64,000 nucleotides of DNA from Patescibacteria group bacterium. Its GTDB lineage: Bacteria > Patescibacteriota > Microgenomatia > UBA1400 > UBA1449. Where the stretch lies: NCBI GenBank assembly GCA_050942955.1, contig JBMNOG010000006.1, forward strand, positions 932-64,931. The letters are read 5' to 3'. This document shows, one piece after another, positions 28,690 to 39,194 of the stretch. The position numbers and the translations under genes are program-made. The notes below the pieces were generated by a model. That model saw nothing but the letters and a program-made list of their open reading frames with translations, had not been told where the DNA came from and made no database searches. Position 1 is the first letter of the stretch, and the number at the start of each line of letters is the position of its first letter.

Positions 28690-30080
28690 AAATCACCTAC
28701 TTCAGTTTTACCGATCTCACTACTTAGAGTGAAAAACAGTTGAAACGGAATGTTTTCACCTTCAGCAAAACTGGACACAGGCAGCTGCACCTCATTGATC
28801 TCTGGCAAGTCTTCTAATGCCTGCTTAAAGGTTACCATAGCCTGGCGATCAGAAGCCATCCCCATAACTGTCCCCTTCTTTTCTGGTAGTGATAGCTGAA
28901 TCTTGCCTAAAGTAATTTCGCTATTGGTTAAACTCTTAATCTTTTCAGAGGTGATGGTTGGGAAGTAATCAGTAGCAGATAGAACCTGGACACGCTGTGA
29001 AGCTTGATTAGCTGCTCCGGCAGCGGCTAAAGCTTCTTTCCGAATACTGGAAGGAGAGTTAAGGTTCTGGGTAAACTCCCGTTCTTTCTGCAGAAGCCAG
29101 AGGTAGACTCCACCTAGCGAGATAAAAAGAATGGCTGTAAACAGTGTCCAAACAATAAGGAGTTTAGTCCAAAACCTACGGTTTTGCTTTGATGTATAGG
29201 AAGAAACGTACCATTGAGGTAAAAGGTTAATAGTTTTTTGATCAGAAGGTAAAGCCACATTTTTAAGAGCTCCGGAAATAGCAAGCAGGTAGTTGTTGGC
29301 TACCTCCGGCTTAACAGTTATGGACATGGCGTAGCCTGATATCGGCAACTTCAGCTCTGAAAGTGACTCTACTAGCTGCGTAGTTACCCCCATTCCTCCT
29401 ATCTGAATCCATTCCACCGGAAAATTACGGTAGTACTTACACATATGCAGGATTGTTTGCTTTAGGTGGTCAGAGAGTTGAGTAGTCACCGGAATAAGAG
29501 AAGTAGCCACTACTTCCTGATTTTTTGTTAGAGTCAGAATGGCTTCTGTTTGAGAAACATGGACCAGAAGTCTAATTCCTGGTTTGGCTTCAGCCAGACG
29601 TACCAGCGCAAGCGCCGGAGTTTCAACAGCCGCTACTCTTATACTCTGAGACTCAATCACTTTAATATAGGCATCAACTACTTCTTGGGGAACAGCTAGA
29701 AAGAGAATGTGGTGTTTTCCGTTGGTGCTAACTACTTGCCAGTCTAAGACTACAGATTCTAAGGGATATGGTAAAACATTTTCTGCTTCCCACCTAACTG
29801 CTTCATCCGCTTCTTTATCAGGCAACTTTGGGATTTCCAAAGACTTGGAAATGGCAGTATCTTCAGGGATAATAAGTGTAATTTCGCTTAGTGAAGTTTT
29901 TGCTGCCTTAACTACTTGAGTAACAGCTTGGGTAACTGCAACTTTGTCTTCAATCTTACCACGTTTAATACTTCCCTGTGCCAGTGGCTGAGTTACTGCT
30001 GCAACTATCTGTTTTTTGTGGGCATCCAGTTGCAGGAACTGTATTTGACTAGAAGAAAACACTAAAACACTGCTTACCAT
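28686..30080 (-). CDS. pilM: PilM-PilN fusion
   Basis: Actin-like PilM region (AVRWEAE..LPY.LE.VVLDWQ), then the INLLP PilN motif, a TM and a PilN-like domain. Confidence 0.85.
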   Translation of the reverse strand: MVSSVLVFSSSQIQFLQLDAHKKQIVAAVTQPLAQGSIKRGKIEDKVAVTQAVTQVVKAAKTSLSEITLIIPEDTAISKSLEIPKLPDKEADEAVRWEAENVLPYPLESVVLDWQVVSTNGKHHILFLAVPQEVVDAYIKVIESQSIRVAAVETPALALVRLAEAKPGIRLLVHVSQTEAILTLTKNQEVVATSLIPVTTQLSDHLKQTILHMCKYYRNFPVEWIQIGGMGVTTQLVESLSELKLPISGYAMSITVKPEVANNYLLAISGALKNVALPSDQKTINLLPQWYVSSYTSKQNRRFWTKLLIVWTLFTAILFISLGGVYLWLLQKEREFTQNLNSPSSIRKEALAAAGAANQASQRVQVLSATDYFPTITSEKIKSLTNSEITLGKIQLSLPEKKGTVMGMASDRQAMVTFKQALEDLPEINEVQLPVSSFAEGENIPFQLFFTLSSEIGKTEVGDL

Positions 30081-30223
30081 ATGGGCAGTTTCAAAAATTG
30101 GTTTAAACCTCTGATACTAGCCTATCAGAAATAGAAAACAATGTCTATGAAGCTCAATATGGTTTCTTCTACGATACCAGAAGGGTAAAATTCTCCTGCG
30201 CTATAATAACCTAAACAACCACT

Positions 30224-31213
30224 ATGAATAAAAAACGGATAGTTGTTATCGGCGGCGGGACTGGCACTTCAGTAGTTTTGTCGGGACTGAAGCAAACTGG
30301 AAAATGTGAACTGAGTGCTATTGTGGTCGTCTCTGATTCTGGCGGCTCAACTGGGAGATTAAGAGACGAGTTTGGCTTTTTACCAGTCGGTGATTTAAGG
30401 CAGTGCTTAGCCGCTCTAGCTACTGGAGAACATCAGGAGGAAGTCCGCGAGGTTCTATTGTATCGTTTTAGCAAAGGCAATGGGTTAGCAGGTCACAACT
30501 TGGGAAATCTTATCCTTACCGCCCTAGAAGACCTCAAACTAACTCCCGGAAAAGCCATTGAAACAGCCGGTCAGATTTTTCGCATAGACGGTAATGTCTA
30601 CCCAATTACAGAGGAAAATGTCAACTTGGTAATTGAATACGGGAATGGTCTTATTAAAATAGGAGAAAGCAACCTAGATGATCCTAAACTCGGTGGGCAA
30701 AAGATTGCCTCAATCAAACTCTCCCCTCGTGCTTCTATCTATAACAAAGCCGCTCAGGCAATCCGTCAGGCAGACTTAGTCATTTTAGGTCCGGGAGATC
30801 TGTATGGCAGTTTACTGCCTAATACCCTAGTAAGAGGTTTTAAGACAACTCTAAGGCAAAGCCGGGCTCAATTTGTCTACATTGTTAATCTCATGACACA
30901 TTTTTCCCAAACCCATGGCATGACAGCCTCCAGCCATGTAGATGAGGTAGTCCGTTATACCGGCCGCAAGCCGGACATTATCATCATCAACTCTTCCCCT
31001 ATCTCTCAAAGTGTTCTCAAGCGTTACGCTAGCCAAAAAGAGTATCCGGTTAAAGATGATCTTCTCGCAAAAAATGGATACTGCATTGTCCGCAGTGATT
31101 GTCTCTCGCAAATTATGGCCAAGCCGGTCGAGGGCGATACAATCCCCAGAAATCTACTACGCCATGATGGACAAAAGCTAGCTAAAATTCTTCTTCACTG
31201 CTTACCTCGCTAA
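30224..31213 (+). CDS. yvcK: YvcK/GlmR (UPF0052) family protein
   Basis: IVVIGGGTG, DSGGSTGRLR, PVGDLRQCL, GHNLGNL, GPGDLYGSLLP, LRHD. Confidence 0.92.
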   Translation: MNKKRIVVIGGGTGTSVVLSGLKQTGKCELSAIVVVSDSGGSTGRLRDEFGFLPVGDLRQCLAALATGEHQEEVREVLLYRFSKGNGLAGHNLGNLILTALEDLKLTPGKAIETAGQIFRIDGNVYPITEENVNLVIEYGNGLIKIGESNLDDPKLGGQKIASIKLSPRASIYNKAAQAIRQADLVILGPGDLYGSLLPNTLVRGFKTTLRQSRAQFVYIVNLMTHFSQTHGMTASSHVDEVVRYTGRKPDIIIINSSPISQSVLKRYASQKEYPVKDDLLAKNGYCIVRSDCLSQIMAKPVEGDTIPRNLLRHDGQKLAKILLHCLPR

Positions 31214-31271
31214 GTAACCAACAAGAGAGCTTGCACCATCAATTCAATGGCAATTTATAACTCCTTGAAGT

Positions 31272-32645
31272 ATGATAGGTGTAATGCCCGCTTTTCTTCT
31301 GTCTTACCAGAGATGTCGAAACCGTGGTCAAGTATTAATTGATATCATCGTGGCTACCGGAGTTTTTCTTATTCTGGTTCACTCGGTTTTTTCGCTCATA
31401 GTAGCTATTTATGAAACCATTAACTATTCTAGGGTGCGAATGATTGCCAGACACTTGGCCAATGAAAAAATGGAGCTTTTGCTTAATGTCCCATATAGCG
31501 ATCTGGGAACTACCACAGGAATCCCTAATGGTATTATTCCGGAATTTGAAACCGTTTCCAGAAACGATGTCAACTTTATAGTGCACACCACAATTACTTA
31601 TGTAGATGACCCATTTGATGGAAATGCTCCTGTTGACCTTTTACCCACAGACTACAAACAGGTACGGTTAGAAGTTGCTCAGCAAGAAAGTTCAACACAA
31701 GTTGATATTGAACCAATTGTCATTGTTAGCCAGGTAGCCCCCCAAGGCATTGAAACTGTTACCGGCGGCGGCACACTCTCAATTTTAGTCATTGATGCCC
31801 AAAGCCAACCTGTTTCTCAAGCGCAAGTACATGTAGTCAGCAGTGATGTTGTCCCGGTAATTGATATGACCTTACAAACAAACATTGATGGTCGGCTTAT
31901 TATTCCGGGGGCCCCTCCCTGTGCTAATTGTTACAATGTAACAGTCTCAAAAGATGGCTATTCTACTGACAAAACATATACAACAGATGAGGTAGCTAAC
32001 CCCCAACGCCGCCCAATAACTGTAGAGGTAGAACGTCTCTCTGAAGCAACGTTTATTATAGACAGAACCAGTAATGTTACAGTCTATTCTCACCATGGAA
32101 GATTGAGTAACTTTTCCGTTTTCCCAAATCAGCTTTTCCGACTAACCGGCTCAAAGATAATCGGAACTGATCCTGATGGTGATCCTGTTTACAAGTTTGA
32201 TGAAACCTTTACTACCAGTAGTAGTGGACTATTGGAAATTGAAGACCTGGAGTGGGATAACTACATGCTCACCATTCCTCCTTCTGAAACCTTGGTAGTA
32301 TCAGGTGTCAATCCCTTCCAGCCTATGACAGTTAATCCAAATACAAACTATACTGTTCACTTTGCCTTGTCTCCTAAAACACTTAACAGTCTGCTTTTAT
32401 CCACCAAAGACGCCAGTGGTAGCGCCATAGCTTCTGCCAGTGCAACGTTATCTCTTGGGCCTGATGTTATCGCTACCCAGTCCGGCGGCCTTATGGATGA
32501 TCCTGATTTTGGGCAGGTATTTTTCTCTGATTTGGATGTTAATGCTTACGATTTTACGATTAACCATAGTAACTACCAACCTGCTACTGGGACAGTTACA
32601 GTTGATGGAACCACAGTCAATGAAGTTATCTTAACTGTGCAATAG
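31272..32645 (+). CDS. Minor pilin (PilV-like) with carboxypeptidase-regulatory-like Ig domains
   Basis: RG|QVLIDII prepilin-like site, ARHLANEKME, DDPFDG and repeated beta-sandwich modules. Confidence 0.75.
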   Translation: MIGVMPAFLLSYQRCRNRGQVLIDIIVATGVFLILVHSVFSLIVAIYETINYSRVRMIARHLANEKMELLLNVPYSDLGTTTGIPNGIIPEFETVSRNDVNFIVHTTITYVDDPFDGNAPVDLLPTDYKQVRLEVAQQESSTQVDIEPIVIVSQVAPQGIETVTGGGTLSILVIDAQSQPVSQAQVHVVSSDVVPVIDMTLQTNIDGRLIIPGAPPCANCYNVTVSKDGYSTDKTYTTDEVANPQRRPITVEVERLSEATFIIDRTSNVTVYSHHGRLSNFSVFPNQLFRLTGSKIIGTDPDGDPVYKFDETFTTSSSGLLEIEDLEWDNYMLTIPPSETLVVSGVNPFQPMTVNPNTNYTVHFALSPKTLNSLLLSTKDASGSAIASASATLSLGPDVIATQSGGLMDDPDFGQVFFSDLDVNAYDFTINHSNYQPATGTVTVDGTTVNEVILTVQ

Positions 32646-32654
32646 AAAACTGAT

Positions 32655-33287
32655 ATGAAAAGATCTATCTACCAACACAAACACTCCCAATCTGGTTTCA
32701 CACTTGTTGAGGTTCTTATTGCTTTAGTTCTCGTAATTTTTATTCTGGGAGCTATGCTGGCCCTGCAAGATATGATCTTCAACCAGCAGCAAACTACCAT
32801 CAACTCTTATGTGACCATTGATACCGCTAACCGCGCAGTTGAACGCATGGCACGAGAAATCCGTAACAGCCGTATCGCCGACAACGGAGCCTATACCTTG
32901 GAAATATTAGATGATCAAAACTTGGCATTTTACGGCGATGCTGACGGAGATAGTTCCATTGAAAGAATCCGCTACTTTCTGGATGGAGCTGTACTAAAAA
33001 AGGGAGTAATTGAGCCCACCTCACATCCCGTAACATACCCTTTGGCAAACGAAGTGGTAACTGAAGTAGCTGAGGGGATAGTTAACGGAACTGAACCAAT
33101 TTTCTACTACTACAATGGTGAATGGCCAAAAGATGAGACCAACAATCCTCTTCCAATAACTAGTCGACAGATTCATACCAGACTTATCGGCATACGATTA
33201 GTAGTTAACACTGATGAATTAAATCTTCATACAAATTATGAAATAGCCTCGTACACCCATGTACGAACTTTAAAAGATAATCTATGA
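32655..33287 (+). CDS. Minor pilin (PilW-like)
   Basis: QSG|FTLVEVLIAL and MAREIR motifs. Confidence 0.88.
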   Translation: MKRSIYQHKHSQSGFTLVEVLIALVLVIFILGAMLALQDMIFNQQQTTINSYVTIDTANRAVERMAREIRNSRIADNGAYTLEILDDQNLAFYGDADGDSSIERIRYFLDGAVLKKGVIEPTSHPVTYPLANEVVTEVAEGIVNGTEPIFYYYNGEWPKDETNNPLPITSRQIHTRLIGIRLVVNTDELNLHTNYEIASYTHVRTLKDNL

Positions 33288-34840
33288 AAAATTTTCAATC
33301 TGGTTCCATTACCGCCCCTCTCCTTGTTATCTCTGCAGCGTTCATTGTCGTTATCTACGGATTAGTTTTCCTCCTGACCAACCAGTTTGATACTACGTTC
33401 AGGCAAACAGCCTTTGATCAGGCTCTTTATATCGCTGAAGCCGGCATTCAATACTACCGCTGGCATTTGGCTCACGCTCCGGAAGATTTTACTGATGGCA
33501 TGGGACAACCAGGACCTTACGAACATCCATACTACGATCCTCAAGGTGAGGAAATTGGAAGATTTTCTCTGGAGATTACGCCGCCCACTGCCGGTTCGAC
33601 GTTAGTTACTATTACTTCAACTGGCTGGGTCACAGGCTATGAAGCGGCTAAACGAACTGTTACTGTTAGTTACGGCATTCCTTCACTTGCCCGCTACTCA
33701 GGAGCCTCAGAGGCAAGTATGTACTATGGCTCAGGCATCACAGTTAACGGACTAATTCATTCAAATAATGGCATCAGGATGGATGGGACAAACACATCTC
33801 TTGTCACCAGTGCCCGAGAAAACTATATCTGTGGGAGTGAGACAGGTTGTGCCAGCAATCCTACATCTTCTACTGTTTGCAACTACTATCTTCCCTATGC
33901 AAGTAGTTGCCATTGGGAAAATTTCAGGTGCGAATGCCCTCAAAACTGGTCTGGTTGCCAAAGTCCTTGTCAATGGATAAATGGTAGCGGTTGTCAGTGT
34001 CCAGCTATTTGGGGTGAGGGTCCTAACTCCAACCTCTGGGACTATCCTGAACCGCCTATTGATTTTGAAGCTATTAACTTTGATTTTCGGGAGATGAGCG
34101 AGGCTGCAGACACACATAACTCTCATCTTGGTCCAGCTACTGATTTTGGCAGTAATAACAGAGGTTACCATGTAGTCTTTAACAGCAGCGGCACTGCCGA
34201 TGTTTACCTTATAACCGAGCTCAGTAGCCTTAAAGCCTCGACTGCTGAGACTGGCTGCGAAAACTGGAGTCAGGTAATTACTTCTCAAAATCCTACCCCA
34301 ATTAGAACTTTTGATCTAGATACTACCCCAATTATCTTTTTAGAAGATCATATCTGGGTGGAAGGTGTAGTTAATGGTAAAACCAGCTTGGTCGCTGCCC
34401 GCTTTCCTACAGGCACTAACAATATGGATATCTGGATTAGAGGTAATATAACTTATCTTGAAAAAAATGGCCAACATAAGTTGGGGCTCATTGCCCAGCA
34501 TGATATCTACTTTACCCGGGATGTTCCCAATGACTTTGAGGTGGACGCGGCACTGCTAGCTCAAAACGGAAAAGTTATCCGCCATATCTATACTTGCCTG
34601 TGTCCAGTCTGGTACAACCCCTTTAGAGCTTGTGACACCTCATCTCAGCGTGTAAAAAATTCACTTACTATTTACGGCACCCTTATTTCCAGGTACAAGT
34701 CTTACTGGAATTCGGGTGATCCTCCATCCTCAGGTTTTATTACCAGAACTATGACATACGATGGCACTCTTCTTTACAATCCCCCTCCTTACTTCCCAAC
34801 GCAAGGAGAATATGAGTTCATTAGCTGGAAAGAAGAGTAG
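33284..34840 (+). CDS. PilX-like minor pilin with Cys-rich insertion
   Basis: QSG|SITAP, QALYIAEAGI (PilX N-terminal motif), C-terminal YD..L...PPPYFP..ISWKE. Confidence 0.85.
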   Translation: MKNFQSGSITAPLLVISAAFIVVIYGLVFLLTNQFDTTFRQTAFDQALYIAEAGIQYYRWHLAHAPEDFTDGMGQPGPYEHPYYDPQGEEIGRFSLEITPPTAGSTLVTITSTGWVTGYEAAKRTVTVSYGIPSLARYSGASEASMYYGSGITVNGLIHSNNGIRMDGTNTSLVTSARENYICGSETGCASNPTSSTVCNYYLPYASSCHWENFRCECPQNWSGCQSPCQWINGSGCQCPAIWGEGPNSNLWDYPEPPIDFEAINFDFREMSEAADTHNSHLGPATDFGSNNRGYHVVFNSSGTADVYLITELSSLKASTAETGCENWSQVITSQNPTPIRTFDLDTTPIIFLEDHIWVEGVVNGKTSLVAARFPTGTNNMDIWIRGNITYLEKNGQHKLGLIAQHDIYFTRDVPNDFEVDAALLAQNGKVIRHIYTCLCPVWYNPFRACDTSSQRVKNSLTIYGTLISRYKSYWNSGDPPSSGFITRTMTYDGTLLYNPPPYFPTQGEYEFISWKEE

Positions 34841-34963
34841 ATTATAAAGAACAGCGCACCAAGCTAAAAAGCTATGTATGGAGTGCGAAGAACTTGGCAC
34901 CTAACACCTTGTGCCCGAAACTCCTTACCTCACATTTAGTGGCTGATATTTGCACTCAGTGCT

Positions 34964-35623
34964 CTATTCGCCACAGATAGTATTAGAGATAATTATTTTC
35001 CTACCCTCAGGGATTTCTACTTCATCACAGACATATGAATCTTCCTCCTGGGGGCCGCCGCCGCCGTGCCAAGGGTTACTACCATCTTCCGAACTTTCAG
35101 AGGTAGGAGTTGGTGAAGGAACAGAGGAGGGCTGAGGAGAACTAGGGTTTAGTGTCGGCTCAGGACGGAGAGTGGGTAACACTCCTTCATTTTCGTAGAT
35201 TTCATCTAAAGTCTCTTGGATCATGTCTCCTACCTCCTGCGTTTTCTCATCAACAACTACCGTTATCTTCTCTCCGTCTGCCATAGTAAGTTCAATAGCC
35301 AGTCCTGTTCCCACAAACTGCGTTAATTGGTCAAAATCTAAACTGTCTAGAGACTCAAAAAAACGCCGGACTTTTTCCGGATCCCAGGTTTGAGTAAACG
35401 TACCAAAAGGCGTTTTAATAGTGACATTTCCATTCCTTTCAACTGTTACTGTGTTCTGTCCATCACCAAAGGTAACAGTTGTAACCTGGGTAGGCTTGGC
35501 CGGCTTAAGGATAAGTTCATAGGCTTTCCAGCCAGCTACCGACACCAAAACTACTATTACTAGTAACATCACTAACGTAAGTAAGGGATTTTTTTGAATA
35601 AGCGAGTTAAGATCTTGGTTCAT
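34964..35623 (-). CDS. Hypothetical single-TM protein downstream of pilC
   Basis: 219-aa ORF with N-terminal TM, P/S-rich linker and a C-terminal Cys pair. Confidence 0.75.
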   Translation of the reverse strand: MNQDLNSLIQKNPLLTLVMLLVIVVLVSVAGWKAYELILKPAKPTQVTTVTFGDGQNTVTVERNGNVTIKTPFGTFTQTWDPEKVRRFFESLDSLDFDQLTQFVGTGLAIELTMADGEKITVVVDEKTQEVGDMIQETLDEIYENEGVLPTLRPEPTLNPSSPQPSSVPSPTPTSESSEDGSNPWHGGGGPQEEDSYVCDEVEIPEGRKIIISNTICGE

Positions 35624-35629
35624 GGTGTC

Positions 35630-36862
35630 TTAGCGCCCACCCTGCGCAGTCTGCATATTGCCCACCACACTGTAAATAGGAGCAATAATCATAATAACCA
35701 TAGCTCCAACCGCTACCCCGATTACCAGCATAATAATCGGCTCAAGAATTGTGGTAAACTCTTTCAGGCCATCTTCCAGCTCTTCTTCGTAGTAGTCAGC
35801 CAGTTCAAGCAAAACTGAATCAAGTGCTCCTGTTTTTTCTCCGGTTTTAATAGTTTGAATCATGAGAGAGGGAAAGACCTTTTTATTTGTTGTTAAAAGG
35901 CTGGCAACAGTCTTACCTTCCTCAATTCCTTTTTCAAAGTTCTTAGCTACTTTCTGCATATCAAACTGTGTTAGGGTCTCTGAAGCAATGTTTAAAGCAG
36001 TAATAATGGAAACTCCGGATTGGAGCAAGGTTGCTAGCGTTCGGGAAAAACGGGCAAGATCAATTTGCCGACACAGTTTCTTTATAATGGGAAAGTTTGA
36101 TAGGTATTTAAAAATGACTGACTTGGTCTTATGGTAAGTAAGGAGAAAAACAAAGAAAGCGGCAAGGGTAAGAATGGTGAGAATTGCCAAAGCAGCATTT
36201 TTTCCCATAAAATCCCCAAACTGCAACAGTAGCTTCGTAGGCAGGGGTAAAGGGATTTTCATCTTAAGAAACACGGTGCTCAGTTTTGGCAACACAAAGG
36301 TTATCATTAAAACCCCTACTCCCAGCATAGCAGTGATGATGACTGCCGGATACATCAACGCTCCCATGATTTTTTTGTTCAAGCGGTGAACAGCATAAAG
36401 CTGCTTAGAAAGGTAGGCGAATGTTTTTTCTAAAGACCCTGACTGCTCCCCTGCATGCACCAGAGCTAAGAAAACACTATCAAAAACTTCTGGGTATTTG
36501 CGCAGGACAGTTGATATTTCCCCTCCTTCCTGCATAGTAAAGATCATGTCTTGGAGAATGACTTTCATTTTAGTATTTTCCGTTTCTGAGTAGATAAGCT
36601 CAACTGCTTCAGAGGCTGACAACCCAGAACGGATCATAACCGCCATGTAGCGGCAGAAATTAGCTTTTTCCAAAGCAGAAACTTTTCCCCGGAAGAACTG
36701 GATATTCCCTCTAATCTCCCGAATAGAGAGTATTTTCATTTTCTTAGCTCTTAGGGAAGCTGCAAGTTCATTCCTACTTCTGGCTTGCAGAGTCTGCTCT
36801 ACCATCTTCCCGTTTTCCAATAAGGCTTTGTAGCAAAATTGAGGCAGAGGGCAAATGTTCAA
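35630..36862 (-). CDS. pilC: Type IV pilus platform protein PilC/GspF
   Basis: PQFCYKA N-terminus, AGEQSGSL, ALMYP, TGEKTG.L, ILEP; start codon uncertain. Confidence 0.95.
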   Translation of the reverse strand: MNICPLPQFCYKALLENGKMVEQTLQARSRNELAASLRAKKMKILSIREIRGNIQFFRGKVSALEKANFCRYMAVMIRSGLSASEAVELIYSETENTKMKVILQDMIFTMQEGGEISTVLRKYPEVFDSVFLALVHAGEQSGSLEKTFAYLSKQLYAVHRLNKKIMGALMYPAVIITAMLGVGVLMITFVLPKLSTVFLKMKIPLPLPTKLLLQFGDFMGKNAALAILTILTLAAFFVFLLTYHKTKSVIFKYLSNFPIIKKLCRQIDLARFSRTLATLLQSGVSIITALNIASETLTQFDMQKVAKNFEKGIEEGKTVASLLTTNKKVFPSLMIQTIKTGEKTGALDSVLLELADYYEEELEDGLKEFTTILEPIIMLVIGVAVGAMVIMIIAPIYSVVGNMQTAQGGR

Positions 36863-36966
36863 TTACCAATAATCAATTTTCATTTATTGGTTTTTGGCAA
36901 TAGAACACATCATAACTAGTAATTGCTCATAACTGGTACCTGATTATTGAACATTTTTATTTTCTC

Positions 36967-38646
36967 TTACTCTCTTACTGCTCTTAAAACTTCTTCTAAG
37001 GTAGTCAAGCCTGAAGCCACTTTATCGATACCATCCTCGAGCATGGTAACCATCCCCTCTTTTTGAGCTTGATCTTTTAACTCATCCCCTGATCCTCGCT
37101 TGATTATAAGCTTGCGAATCGCCTCACTCACCTCAAAAAGTTCGTAAATACCAATACGGCCTTTATAACCCGTACCTCCACACTCAGCACAACCTTCACC
37201 TTTGTAAAATTTCTGCTTGGAAAGGTCTTTGCCGAGCATTTTTTGGAAGTACTCCAAAGTCTCCTTATCTGGCTTTTTCTCTACCAAGCAGTTTTGACAG
37301 ATCTTACGCACCAGACGCTGGGCAATAACTACATTAACAGTTGAAGCCAGTAAGTATCCTTCTACCCCCATATCAAGCATCCTTGGAAGAGCTCCAGGGG
37401 CATCGTTAGTGTGTAGAGTAGTTAAAACAAGGTGACCTGTCAAGGCAGCATGGACTGCAATCTCAGCCGTTTCGGTATCACGAATTTCTCCAACCATCAT
37501 GATGTCCGGATCATGCCTCAGAAGAGACCGGAGCCCGGCAGCAAACGTTAGGCCCGATTTAGTATTCACCTGAATTTGCGTCAGTCTGTTTAAGCCGTAC
37601 TCAATCGGATCCTCAATTGTGCAGATCTTAACGCCAACGTTATTGAGCATGTTAAGTACAGAATACAACGTGGTAGTTTTTCCTGATCCGGTAGGCCCTG
37701 TCACTAATATCATGCCGTGAGGCCGTTTTATTTGGTCTTTAATAGTTTTTAGGTTTTTCCCTGAAAAACCTAGTTCTTCAAGAGAATGAGGCCTGGTAGT
37801 TTCAGGCAGCAGACGCAGCACCACGTTTTCTCCGTAGTAACCTGGGATAATGGAAACGCGAAATGCCACCACCTCCCCAGCCATATCGTATTTATAGCGC
37901 CCATCCTGAGGTACACGGTGTTCATCAATCTTAAGATTTGCCAAAATTTTAATTCTTGCCACCAGTGCCTGTTCTACCTTTTTAGGTAAAGCCACAATGT
38001 CGCGCAACACCCCATCCACCCTAAAACGAACCATAACCTCATTAACCAGTGTCTCCAGATGAATATCGGAAGTACTCTCAGCAATAGCGTATTCAAGGAT
38101 AGTATTCAGGATTTTGACAATCGGAATGTCTTCAGCAATTTTTAGAAGATCTTCACTTTTGCCACCAGCTTTTTCAACGTTTTCAGAAATAATTTTTTCA
38201 AAGTCTTCGCGGATGTTACGTTTGTACTGTCCTAAAGCCCTTCGAATGTCTGCAGTGGTGGCATAGTAAGCTTCAACAGTCAAGCCTGTGTGTCTGCGCA
38301 CAAACTCAAGCGCCTCAAAGTTAGAAGGGTCTGACATAGCCAGCTTTAGCGTCTCTTTCTCTAAGGCAAAAGGAACAACCAAGTGAGTTCTGGCAGTTTT
38401 TTCCGGCACAAGCTCCAGAACTTCAAGGGGAATAATTTGTTGGCCGATAGTAACAAAGGGAACCTTAAGATGTTCAGCTATGATCTGGCCTAAAGCTTTT
38501 TCAGAGATAATTCCCCTGAAAATTAGAATGTCAGTGATATCACTATTAAGTTCCTCAGCAGATTTAGCAGCTAGTTGAAAATCCTGCTCTGTAACAAAAC
38601 CAGAGGCAACAAGAATCTTTTTAAGTTGGGCAGATGAAAACTTCAT
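36967..38646 (-). CDS. pilB: Type IV pilus assembly ATPase PilB/GspE
   Basis: SDIHLE, PQDGR, GPTGSGKTT, TIEDPIE, LRHDPDIMMVGEIRD, TGHLVLTTLHTN and a C4 zinc motif. Confidence 0.97.
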   Translation of the reverse strand: MKFSSAQLKKILVASGFVTEQDFQLAAKSAEELNSDITDILIFRGIISEKALGQIIAEHLKVPFVTIGQQIIPLEVLELVPEKTARTHLVVPFALEKETLKLAMSDPSNFEALEFVRRHTGLTVEAYYATTADIRRALGQYKRNIREDFEKIISENVEKAGGKSEDLLKIAEDIPIVKILNTILEYAIAESTSDIHLETLVNEVMVRFRVDGVLRDIVALPKKVEQALVARIKILANLKIDEHRVPQDGRYKYDMAGEVVAFRVSIIPGYYGENVVLRLLPETTRPHSLEELGFSGKNLKTIKDQIKRPHGMILVTGPTGSGKTTTLYSVLNMLNNVGVKICTIEDPIEYGLNRLTQIQVNTKSGLTFAAGLRSLLRHDPDIMMVGEIRDTETAEIAVHAALTGHLVLTTLHTNDAPGALPRMLDMGVEGYLLASTVNVVIAQRLVRKICQNCLVEKKPDKETLEYFQKMLGKDLSKQKFYKGEGCAECGGTGYKGRIGIYELFEVSEAIRKLIIKRGSGDELKDQAQKEGMVTMLEDGIDKVASGLTTLEEVLRAVRE

Positions 38647-38775
38647 AGACAGTAACTCCTTGATGCTACCTTAATTCTAGCTAAATACCACTGAACAAGC
38701 AAATTAGAAAAACACAGATAAGTAGAACAGGATTAGAGGAAATTTGGAACGAAGCGTAGTAACAGTATTTCAACG

Positions 38776-39144
38776 TTATCCTAAATACTGTCTTACTTTT
38801 TCAGCGATTTGGCTGGGGGTATAGTTAGCTTTAAGAAGAAATTCTTTAACCCCAAGCTGAAGGGCTTTTTCTCTCTGCTCAGGCTGACTCAAGTTACTAA
38901 GCATAATAACTGGCAGGTTTTTAGTTTCAGTATTTTTGCGCAACTCTTCAAGTAGCTCCAGTCCTGAAAGTCTTGGCATCATTACGTCCATTATGACAAA
39001 GTCAGGCTTCTGGTTTTGAGCAATATCTAGTCCCTGCATACCATCTCCGGCTGTTAGAACCTCATAGCCTTCTTTTATAAACTTAGTTTGGTACATTCGC
39101 ACCAATAGCGGATCGTCTTCGACAATTAAGATCTTTTTAGCCAT
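38776..39144 (-). CDS. Stand-alone response regulator receiver (CheY-like)
   Basis: ILIVEDD, DVMMP phospho-Asp, MLSNL and LLK; no output domain. Confidence 0.95.
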   Translation of the reverse strand: MAKKILIVEDDPLLVRMYQTKFIKEGYEVLTAGDGMQGLDIAQNQKPDFVIMDVMMPRLSGLELLEELRKNTETKNLPVIMLSNLSQPEQREKALQLGVKEFLLKANYTPSQIAEKVRQYLG

Positions 39145-39194
39145 ATTTACCTTTGTTAAGCCATACTCTACTAACTTGTTAGTAGAATGTCAAT

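Noticed and set aside
36863-36960. Degenerate AT-rich short-period repeats (also near 3240-3310 and 45235-45290)
   Set aside because: They look like decayed REP-like intergenic filler; no unit or boundary could be defined.
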